Below, one piece after another: positions 49,114 to 59,905 of a stretch of DNA of 60,035 nt. The notes beneath the pieces were generated by a model. The model did no database searches and was not told where the DNA came from. It saw only the letters and a program-made list of their open reading frames with translations. Every line of letters begins with the position of its first letter. Position 1 is the stretch's first letter. This DNA is from Bacteroides sp. SM23_62 (GTDB lineage: Bacteria; Bacteroidota; Bacteroidia; Bacteroidales; SM23-62), in assembly GCA_001303955.1 (NCBI GenBank), contig LJUP01000016.1, forward strand, positions 1 to 60,035, written 5' to 3'. A program made the translations under genes and the position numbers.

Positions 49114-49211
49114 TCTTATTAACGCGACCTGTTAAAAATTAATCTGTACCTTTATATATGGTGATTGCCGCCCAATCTCATTGTCGATATAAAAGAAATT
49201 GTCAACAATTC

Positions 49212-50036
49212 ATGATCGTTTTTCCAAATGCCAAGATAAACCTTGGATTGAGGATACTCAGAAAAAGGCCTGATGGATTTCATGACCTGGAATCTGCTTT
49301 CCTGCCGGTCGGTTTGACAGATATGCTGGAACTAGTAGCCGCCTCAGGTAAAAATCCCGTCAAATCGCACAGGCTCACAGTGACAGGTATTCCCCTGCAA
49401 TCCACGGAAGATAACCTGTGTATACGGGCCCTCCGGCTTCTGAGGGAGAGACACTTGATACCCGATGTAAACCTGCATCTGCACAAACGCATCCCCGCCG
49501 GGGCTGGCCTGGGAGGAGGATCATCCGATGCCGCATTTACCCTGCGGGCTTTGAATGAGATGTTCGGGTTAAGCCTGGATGTGCCTGAACTGATGGAATA
49601 TGCCTCAATGATCGGAAGTGATTGTCCCTTTTTTATCATCAACCAGCCAAGCCTGGCTACCGGACGTGGTGAACAACTGGAGCCCCTGACCCTTGATCTT
49701 TCCGGATATACGATCATCCTCGTCCTGCCCGGGATCAACATAGATACTTCCATGGCCTACAGAATGATCATGCCCGGAGAAGAAGGACAGGCGGTCCGTG
49801 AAGTATTGAGGCTTGTTCCGGAGGAATGGAATGGTCGTCTGGTCAACCATTTTGAGGTACCCGTCTTTGAAAAATACCCGGAAATCGGCAGTCTTAAACA
49901 GGCTTTATATGATTCCGGGGCTGTCTATGCATCTATGACGGGCAGCGGTTCTGCTGTGTTCGGACTGTTCAGGGACAGTCCCGGTTTACCGCCAGAGATA
50001 AGCCGGTATCCAATCTATATTGAACGGTTTTCGTAA
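49212..50036 (+). CDS. ispE: 4-(cytidine 5'-diphospho)-2-C-methyl-D-erythritol kinase
   Basis: FPNAKINLGLRI and the GHMP motif PAGAGLGGGSSDAA. ATG at 49212. Confidence 0.9.
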   Translation: MIVFPNAKINLGLRILRKRPDGFHDLESAFLPVGLTDMLELVAASGKNPVKSHRLTVTGIPLQSTEDNLCIRALRLLRERHLIPDVNLHLHKRIPAGAGLGGGSSDAAFTLRALNEMFGLSLDVPELMEYASMIGSDCPFFIINQPSLATGRGEQLEPLTLDLSGYTIILVLPGINIDTSMAYRMIMPGEEGQAVREVLRLVPEEWNGRLVNHFEVPVFEKYPEIGSLKQALYDSGAVYASMTGSGSAVFGLFRDSPGLPPEISRYPIYIERFS

Positions 50037-50049
50037 CCGGGATGCCAGC

Positions 50050-50499
50050 TTAAGCCAGTTCCAGCATCAGAAAATCCTTGGGTACCTTTTCCCCTTCCTT
50101 CACCTTGATGGATTTTACCTTGCCATCGACATGGAAAAGGATCTTGTTTTTCATTTTCATGGCTTCCAGGATCAGGATGGGATCACCCTTCTTCACTTCC
50201 TGTCCCACCTTGGTGTAGACTTTGACAACGGTACCTGGGATACTGGAAGTAATCTTTTTGGGATTGGGATTTTTCCAGATTTTTCTTTTCTCAAATTTGG
50301 TATTATACCTTGTACGGTATTTATCCCCATCAATGATCAGGGTTTTGCATCTTGCCTTTTTGTCAGCAAAATCCCCATTGGCATCCATACTGATTGAAGA
50401 TGCCCTGGTGATTGTCCTGGCAGCACTTTGTGATTTTCCGGTTGCCCGGGATCTTGTAGCCGTCCCGGTACCTGTTGTAGATTTAATGGTTCGTGCCAT
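50050..50499 (-). CDS. biotin carboxyl carrier (biotin/lipoyl-attachment) protein
   Basis: C-terminal GDPILILEAMKMKN biotinylation motif. Confidence 0.8.
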   Translation of the reverse strand: MARTIKSTTGTGTATRSRATGKSQSAARTITRASSISMDANGDFADKKARCKTLIIDGDKYRTRYNTKFEKRKIWKNPNPKKITSSIPGTVVKVYTKVGQEVKKGDPILILEAMKMKNKILFHVDGKVKSIKVKEGEKVPKDFLMLELA

Positions 50500-50510
50500 T
50501 TTACCTTATT

Positions 50511-52043
50511 TTAAAAGGGTGGAATGCCGTGTTTTTTCTGAGGAAGATATACCGCCTTATTGCCTGCCACTTCAATGGCATGAAGCAACAATTTCCTGGT
50601 CTCCTTGGGCTCGATCACTGAATCAATGTATCCTTTGGCGGCCGCAACATATGGATTGGCAAACTTATCCTTGTACTCCTTCACCTTCTGCTTCCTGACT
50701 TTATCGGGATCCTCTGCCGTAGCTATCTCTTTGCGGAAGATGATATTGGCGGCACCTTCCGGTCCCATTACCGCGATCTCAGCACCAGGCCAGGCAAAAA
50801 CAAAATCAGCCCTGAGATGCCTTGATGCCATGGCGATATAGCCTCCGCCGTAAGCTTTCCTGATGATGACCGTCATCTTGGGCACTGTTGCTTCACTGTA
50901 TGCATAAAGGACCTTGGCGCCATGCCTGATGACCCCTGCATGTTCCTGGTCCACCCCGGGCAGATCCACCAGGGTTACGATGGGTATGTTAAAGGCATCG
51001 CAGAAACGAATGAACCTGGCGGCCTTATCCGATGAATCCACATCGAGCACACCGGCAAGCACTATGGGCTGGTTACATACAAATCCTACCGTCTCCCCTT
51101 TCATCCTGCCAAATCCAATGACTATGTTCTCAGCCCACATTTCCTGTACCTCGAAGAAATCTGAATCATCTACAATGCATCTGATGACATCCCTGACATC
51201 GTATGGCTGGGTAGGATCACCAGGGACAATCTTCTCGATATCATATTCCGGATTTGGTTCTTTGGGCGGGAATTTTTTAGCTTTCTTCAGGTTGCTCCAT
51301 GGGATAAAGGTGATCAGTTTCTTGATTTGCTCAAAACATTCCTCTTCAGAAGTGGCATAAAAGTGTGCATTCCCAGTTATCTCGCTGTGTACCCTGGCCC
51401 CCCCCAGGTCTTCCATCGAGATCTCTTCCCCCAGTACCGTTTTAATCACTTCGGGTCCGGTAATAAACATCTTGGAGATCTTATCCACCACGAAAACGAA
51501 ATCTGTCAGGGCCGGTGAATAGACCGCGCCCCCGGCACATGGTCCGAGGATCACAGAGATCTGGGGTATCACCCCTGAGGAAATGGTATTCCGGAAAAAT
51601 ATCTCCCCGTATCCTGCCAGGGAGCTTACACCCTCCTGAATGCGGGCACCACCGGAATCATTGATCCCGATCAGCGGCATTTTCATTTTAAGGGCATGCT
51701 CCATGATCTTGACGATCTTCCTGGCATGTGCACTCCCAAGTGAACCCCCCGCCACGGTAAAATCCTGGGCAAAAATACAGATGGGGGCGCCATATACCGT
51801 TCCGGTACCGATCACGACACCATCGCCTGCCAGGCTTTTTTTATCCATGTCAAAATCTTTGGCATCGTGCTCAACGAACAGGTCATATTCGTTGAATGTG
51901 TCAGGGTCCAGCATGGCGATGATCCTTTGCCGTGCAGTAAGCTTCCCCATGGCCGCCTGCTTCTCCAGTGCTGCGTCACCTCCTCCTTTCAGGATTACTT
52001 CTCTTTTCTTCTGAAGTTCCTGGATTTTTCTTTTTAATGGCAT
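50511..52043 (-). CDS. acyl-CoA carboxyltransferase (propionyl-CoA carboxylase beta / methylmalonyl-CoA decarboxylase alpha family)
   Basis: 510 aa with two crotonase-like halves. DSGGARIQEG and GPCAGGAVYSPALTDF motifs. Confidence 0.9.
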   Translation of the reverse strand: MPLKRKIQELQKKREVILKGGGDAALEKQAAMGKLTARQRIIAMLDPDTFNEYDLFVEHDAKDFDMDKKSLAGDGVVIGTGTVYGAPICIFAQDFTVAGGSLGSAHARKIVKIMEHALKMKMPLIGINDSGGARIQEGVSSLAGYGEIFFRNTISSGVIPQISVILGPCAGGAVYSPALTDFVFVVDKISKMFITGPEVIKTVLGEEISMEDLGGARVHSEITGNAHFYATSEEECFEQIKKLITFIPWSNLKKAKKFPPKEPNPEYDIEKIVPGDPTQPYDVRDVIRCIVDDSDFFEVQEMWAENIVIGFGRMKGETVGFVCNQPIVLAGVLDVDSSDKAARFIRFCDAFNIPIVTLVDLPGVDQEHAGVIRHGAKVLYAYSEATVPKMTVIIRKAYGGGYIAMASRHLRADFVFAWPGAEIAVMGPEGAANIIFRKEIATAEDPDKVRKQKVKEYKDKFANPYVAAAKGYIDSVIEPKETRKLLLHAIEVAGNKAVYLPQKKHGIPPF

Positions 52044-52207
52044 ATACGATAGGTTAAGTTCTCAGGAATGGACTACAACATTACGAAATCCCATGTTATT
52101 TTGAAAATTTTTACTGTATTTAATGCGTAACAATTTATCTAGTATATTTATTTCCAAATATATAGCCCTGTTAAGCCCCCCTGAATTTCAGTTGCGACTG
52201 GGCCGGA

Positions 52208-53301
52208 TTATTTAGGAGCCATCCTGTAAAGGTAAATGGCAATAATAGCAAATACCAGGTTAGGCATCCAGACAGCGATCATGGGGTGGAGGTCACCCCC
52301 TATGGCAAACTGTGAAGAGAATTGCATGAACAGCAGGTAGGAAAAAGCCACCATGAGTCCTATCCCGAGTTGCATCCCTATTCCTCCCTTGACCTTTCTG
52401 GACGAAACCGAGACACCTATCAATGTCAGGATAAAGGCAGAAAATGGAAAAGCATAGCGTTTGTGTTTTTCTATCTGGTAGGCTTTTACACTGGATTCCC
52501 CCAGCATTTTCAATTGTTCAATATAATCTGTCAGGTCGCGTATGTTCATGGTTTCCATGAAATTCATCCGGCGCTTGAAATCACTGGGATGAATAGCCAG
52601 TGTGGTATCCAGCCGGGAACCTGAGATGATATGTTCCCTGTATCCGTCCAGGTTGCGGATATAGTAATTCCGGACCACCCATTTATTGATGGTTGAATCC
52701 CATTTTACATAATCAGACATGAGTTTCGACACCAGTGCCCCATCCTCGTATTTTTCCATAGAGAACCGATGTCCCAGGTCAGAGATGGTACTGTAACTCT
52801 CCAGGTAAATAAAAACCCCGGGCTCGATCTGACGGTGTATATTGCGTTCTGTAACACGGATCGGCACAGCGTGGTAATAGGTTTCTTCAAAATCCAGCCT
52901 GATCCGGTTTGCATCTGGTATTACATAGTCCATCAGTACAAAAGAAAAGATGGCAATGACGGAAGCAGAAAAGAAATACGGGACCAGGATCCTGTTGAAG
53001 CTCATTCCGCTGCTGATAATGGCGATGAACTCTGTTCTGTACGCCATCCGGGAAGTAAAATATATAACTGATATAAAGGTGAACAGGGAGCTGAACAGAA
53101 CGGCGAAGTAAGGTATGAAATTCAGGTAATATCTGGTCAGGATATCGATCAGGCGAGCATCATGATCCAGGAAATTGTCAATCTTCTCAGAAAAATCAAA
53201 GATGACCGCAATAAAAAGGATCAGGGTAATGGAAAAGAAGAAGGTACCCAGGAACTTTTTCGTGATATACAGGTCTATGATGGTTATCCCCAGCTTTCTT
53301 C

Positions 53302-53305
<4 letters not shown>
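52208..53305 (-). CDS. LptF/LptG-family LPS export permease
   Basis: 365 aa. YITKKFLGTFFFSITLILFIAVIFDFSEKID start, 6 TM helices and a periplasmic beta-jellyroll insert. Confidence 0.8.
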
Positions 53306-54443
<1,138 letters not shown>

Positions 54444-54518
54444 TTAGGGGATGCTTATTTGTACGGATGACAAATCTTTAATAAACTTACGGCATCTCCA
54501 TTTAGCGTATCCGGCAAA

Positions 54519-55649
54519 TTGAATTTAACAGATTACAATATTGTTTTTCAGTCACTTATCGCAGTATATGGTGGTTGCTTTATCATTCAGATTATTTACT
54601 GGTCACTTGTTTTTCCAAAAATTCTGTTTTACAGACCTGTTCATTCCAACATCAGAAGGTTCCCTGTTTCTGTCATCATCTGTGCCAGGGACGAGGAGGC
54701 AAATCTCAGGGCAAACCTGCCCCTGATACTGGAGCAGGACTACCCTGAATATGAGGTAGTTGTTGTTAATGATGCTTCTGAAGACGGGACGGAAGTCCTC
54801 CTGGTTGACCTGCAAAGGCAATATTCCCATCTGCGTACCTCGTTTATCAGGGGAGGTGACCATATCAGGGAAGGGAAAAAACTGGCGCTGACAGTGGGTA
54901 TCAAGGCAGCAAAACATGACTGGGTGCTGCTTACTGACGCAGACTGCAAACCCGGAAGCAACCAATGGATTTATTATATGCAGCGAAATTTCACCGGGGA
55001 TAATAAGATCGTACTGGGATACGGGGGCTACAGGAGGAGAAGGGGCCTGGTCAACCTTGTCAGCAGGTATGAAACATTCTTCACGGCCCTGCAGTATTTC
55101 GGCATGACCCTTGCCGGTCATCCATACATGGGAACGGGAAGAAACCTGGCTTACCGGAGGTCGCTGTTCTTCGAGAACAAGGGATTTGCTGCCCATTACG
55201 AGCTGGCCTCGGGGGATGATGACCTTTTTATCAATGAGGTAGCCAGAAAAGACAATACAGCCATCGAGATCCGGCCTGAAAGTTTCACCTGGTCTGATGC
55301 TGAAAAAACCTGGAAAGACTGGTATTACCAGAAAAAAAGGCACCTGACCACTGGTCCCAGGTACCGCTTCGCATCGAAACTTGTTGTGGGACTGGAACTA
55401 ATGAGTCGCATGCTCTTTTATCCCGCCTTTATTGTGCTCGTTGCCTCCCAGGCTTTGACAGCCTATGTGCTTGGTTTCTTTATATTTAGAATGTTATTAA
55501 CAGGTGTTATTATCAAATTGGGGATGGGCCGTTTGCATGAAAAATATTTATTATTACCTTCGCCCTTGTTGGATTTTGCCCTTCCCTGGGTACACCTGTT
55601 TATGGTCTTTTCCAATTATGTCGCAACAAAACGAGCCAGATGGAAGTAA
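54519..55649 (+). CDS. membrane-bound family-2 glycosyltransferase
   Basis: VSVIICARDEEANLRANLPLILEQDYPEYEVVVVNDASEDGT and LTDADC motifs. TM helices at both ends. TTG start. Confidence 0.75.
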   Translation: MNLTDYNIVFQSLIAVYGGCFIIQIIYWSLVFPKILFYRPVHSNIRRFPVSVIICARDEEANLRANLPLILEQDYPEYEVVVVNDASEDGTEVLLVDLQRQYSHLRTSFIRGGDHIREGKKLALTVGIKAAKHDWVLLTDADCKPGSNQWIYYMQRNFTGDNKIVLGYGGYRRRRGLVNLVSRYETFFTALQYFGMTLAGHPYMGTGRNLAYRRSLFFENKGFAAHYELASGDDDLFINEVARKDNTAIEIRPESFTWSDAEKTWKDWYYQKKRHLTTGPRYRFASKLVVGLELMSRMLFYPAFIVLVASQALTAYVLGFFIFRMLLTGVIIKLGMGRLHEKYLLLPSPLLDFALPWVHLFMVFSNYVATKRARWK

Positions 55650-56239
55650 GTCCCAATCTTTCAGAAAAAGCCCAGCATGATTTTCTGCTCGTCCAGAAAG
55701 CCAGGTCAGGTGACCAGAAAGCCTATGCCGAATTGCTGGGCAGGTACCGGGATGCCATATACTTCATGTTGCTGAAAATGGTGAACAACCCCAGCGACGC
55801 GGAAGATCTAACCATTGAAGCATTTGGCAAGGCATTCAAGAACATCGGGCAATACACCCCGAATTTTGCATTCAGTACCTGGCTGTTCAAGATCGCCACG
55901 AACAATTGTATTGACTTTATTCGCAAGAAAAGGGCTGCCACCATCTCGCTGGATCAGTCCAATGATGACCCTGATACCACCACGGTCACCATACAGTCCG
56001 ATACACCGGATCCTGAGGCACACCTGATCAACAGCCAGAAGATCAAACTGCTCAGGGAAGTGGTCAACAAACTGAAGCCCAGGTACCGCACGCTGGTTGA
56101 ATTGAGGTATTTCAAGGAATTCTCCTACGAAGAAATATCCCAGGAACTTGAATTACCGATCGGCACTGTGAAGGCACAATTATTCCGCGCCAGGGAACTC
56201 CTTTTCAATATTCTCAAAAGCAGTAATTCGAGCATGTAA
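55640..56239 (+). CDS. RNA polymerase ECF-type sigma-70 factor
   Basis: Region 2 (DAEDLTIEAFGKAFKNI...FSTWLFKIATNNCIDFIRK) and region 4 (FSYEEISQELELPIGTVKAQLFRARELL). 10-nt overlap with the GT2 gene. Confidence 0.85.
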   Translation: MEVSPNLSEKAQHDFLLVQKARSGDQKAYAELLGRYRDAIYFMLLKMVNNPSDAEDLTIEAFGKAFKNIGQYTPNFAFSTWLFKIATNNCIDFIRKKRAATISLDQSNDDPDTTTVTIQSDTPDPEAHLINSQKIKLLREVVNKLKPRYRTLVELRYFKEFSYEEISQELELPIGTVKAQLFRARELLFNILKSSNSSM

Positions 56240-56262
56240 ACGGATTTCAGCCATTATTTTTA

Positions 56263-56892
56263 ATGGAAACCGTCCGCAAATACTTTCCTGAACTGAGCGC
56301 TGTCCAGCTACAGCAATATGAGCAATTCCGGGCATCCATCACCCAATGGAACCAGCGGATCAACCTGATATCCAGGAAAGATATCGACCATCTGACTGAA
56401 AGGCATATCCTGCACTGCCTGTCCATCGCCAGGTATGTGCATTTCAATCCCGGTGATACCATACTGGATGTGGGTACCGGAGGTGGATTCCCGGGCATAC
56501 CGCTGGCCATTTTTTTCCCCGAAGCACAGTTCACCCTGATTGACTCCATCGGGAAGAAAGTAAATGCCGTGAGCCAGATCATTCAGTCCCTGGGCATCGA
56601 TAATGCGAACTGCCTTCAGGTAAGGGCTGAAAATTATCCCTCCAAAGCAAGGTATGTTGTCAGCAGGGCGGTGACTAAACTGGACCGGTTTGTGGACTGG
56701 GTGAAAGATAAGATCGATCCTCCGTCCGAGGCTTCCAGAGGCAACGGGATCTATTATCTGAAGGGAGGAGACCTGCAGGAAGAGCTCAGTACCTTTAAAA
56801 ATATTACCGTTCACCCGCTGAATGAGATCTATTCCGGGGTGTTTTTTGAAGGCAAAAAGCTGCTGTACCTTCCGTATTACAGCCTCCACTAA
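56263..56892 (+). CDS. rsmG: 16S rRNA (guanine527-N7)-methyltransferase RsmG
   Basis: WNQRINLISRKDIDHLTERHILH and the SAM site DVGTGGGFPGIPLAI. Confidence 0.9.
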   Translation: METVRKYFPELSAVQLQQYEQFRASITQWNQRINLISRKDIDHLTERHILHCLSIARYVHFNPGDTILDVGTGGGFPGIPLAIFFPEAQFTLIDSIGKKVNAVSQIIQSLGIDNANCLQVRAENYPSKARYVVSRAVTKLDRFVDWVKDKIDPPSEASRGNGIYYLKGGDLQEELSTFKNITVHPLNEIYSGVFFEGKKLLYLPYYSLH

Positions 56893-56894
56893 TG

Positions 56895-56925
56895 TTTGGT
56901 ATATTTGAAAAAAAGATTACTTTTG
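56895..56925 (+). promoter_or_regulatory. candidate Bacteroidota promoter for rpmH (-33 TTTG, -7 TACTTTTG)
   Basis: TTTG at 56895-56898, a 19-nt spacer, then TACTTTTG at 56918-56925. A second TAnnTTTG (TATATTTG) lies at 56900-56907. The ATG is 27 nt downstream. Confidence 0.35.
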
Positions 56926-56951
56926 CAATCTGAATTTAAAACCGGCAGGAA

Positions 56952-57110
56952 ATGAAAAGGACATTCCAACCTTCCAACAGGAAAAGAAAGAACAAGCATG
57001 GATTCCGGACCAGGATGACCTCCGCGAACGGGCGCAAGATTTTATCCGCCCGCAGGGCCAAGGGAAGAAAGAAAATATCGGTATCTGACGAACCGAGACA
57101 CAAGGTATAA
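56952..57110 (+). CDS. rpmH: 50S ribosomal protein L34
   Basis: Hand translation gives [52 protein letters not shown]. It is below the ORF-track size cut-off. The track shows only a spurious antisense ORF here. Confidence 0.95.
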   Translation: MKRTFQPSNRKRKNKHGFRTRMTSANGRKILSARRAKGRKKISVSDEPRHKV

Positions 57111-57134
57111 ATCTGAATATGGATATGAATATAT

Positions 57135-57170
57135 ATGGCTGACCGGCCTGCGCTGGTCAGCCATTTTTTA
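57135..57170 (+). terminator. rho-independent terminator after rpmH
   Basis: Perfect 10-bp stem ATGGCTGACC/GGTCAGCCAT, 10-nt loop, followed by TTTTTAT. Confidence 0.7.
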
Positions 57171-57222
57171 TTTATCCCATTCAATTTGTTTATATATTTA
57201 CCATTTAATAATCGTCAGGCAT

Positions 57223-58059
57223 ATGGATTTTCTGAAATTCTTAACCAGCAGGCTCTTCCTGAAACACCTGCTAATTGCCATATCCATCATCGTATTTATG
57301 TCCATTTTTGCTTTGCTGTTCCTGAGGGTCTACACGAGGCATGGCCAGGCATTGAGTGTACCGGATCTCACCGGTCTGACCATTCCTGAAGCGGATTCTA
57401 TGCTTACAGCAAGGGAATTGCATTACCAGATCGTGGACTCGGTGTATAATGCGAACCTGACCCGTGGCTGCATCATTGATCAGAATCCGAGTCCCGAATT
57501 CAAGGTAAAGGAGAACCGTACAATTTTTCTCACCATCAACGCGTTTAATCCCGAGATAATCAGAATGCCCAATATAGTCGGAGTCAGTCTCCGGCAGGCA
57601 AGGGCAATCGTACAGACGGCGGGATTGAACATCGGGAAACTGACCTATGTTCCTGATATCGCCGTCAATAATGTTCTACAACAAAAATATAACGGGAACG
57701 TTATTGAAGAAGGTGATTCGATTGTCAAGGGATCCCAGATAGATCTGGTACTGGGCAGGGGATTGAGTAATGAAAAAACAGCTGCACCGGATCTGATCGG
57801 ATTGTTTTTTGAACAGGCGAAAGAAAGGATCACCAATCGTTATTTGAATCTTGGCGCGGTGATCTATGATGCTTCCTTTGAAAATGCAGAGGATTCGATC
57901 AATGCTTTTGTGTGGAAACAGAAACCTGAATTCAATGAGGAGGCCCTGATGAACCTTGGATCCTCAGTGGATATCTGGCTGACTGCGGATTCAATAAAAT
58001 TGCCCCTGCCCGGACATGAAATAACCCCATCTAGGGATGATAGAGACGAAAGTTTTTAA
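57223..58059 (+). CDS. membrane-anchored protein with three PASTA domains (no kinase or PBP domain)
   Basis: N-terminal TM helix. Three repeats of the PASTA pattern (VPDLTGLTIPEADSML...; MPNIVGVSLRQARAIV...; APDLIGLFFEQAKERI...). Confidence 0.75.
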   Translation: MDFLKFLTSRLFLKHLLIAISIIVFMSIFALLFLRVYTRHGQALSVPDLTGLTIPEADSMLTARELHYQIVDSVYNANLTRGCIIDQNPSPEFKVKENRTIFLTINAFNPEIIRMPNIVGVSLRQARAIVQTAGLNIGKLTYVPDIAVNNVLQQKYNGNVIEEGDSIVKGSQIDLVLGRGLSNEKTAAPDLIGLFFEQAKERITNRYLNLGAVIYDASFENAEDSINAFVWKQKPEFNEEALMNLGSSVDIWLTADSIKLPLPGHEITPSRDDRDESF

Positions 58060-59905
58060 GTTTTATAAACTCATTCTATGCTGCCTGGTATTCGCAATGC
58101 CGATCCATGCCCAGGAAGTCCTGGTGCCGGCAGGAGTTCCCGCATATACTGAAAAACAGGTCAAAAAAAGCGCACAGATCGACACCCAGCCGGATACCCT
58201 CGAATTGCCATTTTTTGATGATTTCTCAAGGCAAGGTAATTTACCACATGCTCCTTACTGGCTAGATGAATATGCCTACATCAATACTTCCTATACCCTG
58301 AATCCCGTAACCATTGGGGTAGCCACAATGGATGCCATCGATGCTGACGGCAGCCTGAATGGCACGGGAAGCCTGCCTTTTGAATCCGATTTCCTGACAT
58401 CGGTACCCATCAATCTTGATTACCCGGGCAGGACAGACATATATCTGAGTTTTTTCTATGAACCCATGGGACTGGGGGATAATCCGGAAGAATGGGATTC
58501 CCTTGCCGTGGATTTTTTCGCACCGGACAGCAACCGCTGGGAAACTGTATGGAATTTCCCAGGTTCTGCAAATGATACTTTCCAACAGGTTTTTATACAG
58601 GTTTCAGCCGACCGATTTCTGAAAAGGGGATTCCAGTTCCGGTTCAGGAATTATGCAAGCCTGCCCCAAACCCAGTTCTCAACAGACAAAAGGGGTAATG
58701 TGGACCACTGGCACCTTGATTATGTCTATCTTGATACTGAACGGTCATCCGATGTAACGGCGATCAATGACGTATCGATGATCTCGCCGATGCCGTCTCT
58801 TTTAAAAAATTATGAGGCCATACCATGGCAGCATTTTCCCAGGGCTTACCTGACCGAATTAAAACCCGCGCTGGAAATCCGTTACCGTAATAATGACACA
58901 ACGGTCAGGAATGTCACCAGGATCCTTAAAATCACCGACCTGGCCTACCAGGAGACGGATTCTGTCAACGGAGGCGCCGTTAACGTGCAACCGGAAGTAA
59001 TCAATGCATTCAACTTTCCCTATAATTATCCTTTCATTTTCTACGACGCTGATTCCGCTGTCTTTGAAATGTTGTCCTACCTGGTAACGGAGGACCTGGA
59101 CTATAAATGGAATGATACGGTAAGAAGGTTCCAGAAATTTTATAACTACTATGCCTATGATGATGGCAGTGCCGAGAATGGATATGGCTTGCGGGGCGAG
59201 GGTACAGCCAATGCCTCTGTGGCATACCAGTTCAATACCTTTAAAAAAGACACCCTGCGAGGAGTAAAGATGTTCTTTAACCGGACACAGGATGATGCCA
59301 CACAGGACTATTTCCGTATCGGTGTATGGGATCATGACAAATCCCTTGATGGCCCGGGTGAGCCTATCTATACATCACAACCGGTGCAACCCATTTATGA
59401 GGAGGGACTGAACGAATTTGTCACCTATGAGATAAAGGATACCCTCCTGGTCTTATCGGGGGAATATTATGTAGGATGGATAAAGACAAGTGAAAGAATA
59501 CTGAATGTCGGGTTTGACCGTAACACGGTGAACAATGATAAGATCTTCTACAATCTGGGACAGGGCTGGAAAAATTCGGGTTTCAGCGGTTCCCTGATGA
59601 TCAGGCCCATTATGGGAAAAGCCCTCCCGGCAGAACCGGCAGTGGGTATTTCCCAATCTGCAGAAAACCTCCTGCGGATCTACCCAAACCCTGCAAACAG
59701 CTATTTTACCCTTGATCTGCAGGATGTCGTGAACCCGGGGGATTGGTCAATCACCCTGTATGATCTGCAGGGCAAAACCGTTTACATCAACAGGGCGGAT
59801 CAGCAACATCACCCCGTGAGTCACCTACCCAATGGCATTTATATCCTGAAGTTGGACCACAACGGGATCTTCAAGGCCAGCCGGAAACTTATGATAGCAC
59901 GATAG
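58037..59905 (+). CDS. secreted protein with T9SS C-terminal sorting domain
   Basis: Signal peptide (ILCCLVFAMPIHAQ). The C-terminal roughly 80 aa (LRIYPNPANSYFTLDL...LPNGIYILKL...) is a Por_Secre_tail-type CTD. The N-terminal body is of unknown function. Confidence 0.7.
   Translation: MIETKVFKFYKLILCCLVFAMPIHAQEVLVPAGVPAYTEKQVKKSAQIDTQPDTLELPFFDDFSRQGNLPHAPYWLDEYAYINTSYTLNPVTIGVATMDAIDADGSLNGTGSLPFESDFLTSVPINLDYPGRTDIYLSFFYEPMGLGDNPEEWDSLAVDFFAPDSNRWETVWNFPGSANDTFQQVFIQVSADRFLKRGFQFRFRNYASLPQTQFSTDKRGNVDHWHLDYVYLDTERSSDVTAINDVSMISPMPSLLKNYEAIPWQHFPRAYLTELKPALEIRYRNNDTTVRNVTRILKITDLAYQETDSVNGGAVNVQPEVINAFNFPYNYPFIFYDADSAVFEMLSYLVTEDLDYKWNDTVRRFQKFYNYYAYDDGSAENGYGLRGEGTANASVAYQFNTFKKDTLRGVKMFFNRTQDDATQDYFRIGVWDHDKSLDGPGEPIYTSQPVQPIYEEGLNEFVTYEIKDTLLVLSGEYYVGWIKTSERILNVGFDRNTVNNDKIFYNLGQGWKNSGFSGSLMIRPIMGKALPAEPAVGISQSAENLLRIYPNPANSYFTLDLQDVVNPGDWSITLYDLQGKTVYINRADQQHHPVSHLPNGIYILKLDHNGIFKASRKLMIAR

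Noticed and set aside
54603-55343. 246-aa minus-strand ORF inside the GT2 gene. Similar antisense ORFs lie at 44326-44919, 56308-56889, 1135-1755 and 14328-14933.
   Set aside because: All lie opposite genes with strong family motifs (GT2, rsmI, rsmG, NRAMP, uvrA). Their abundance reflects codon bias, not overlapping genes.
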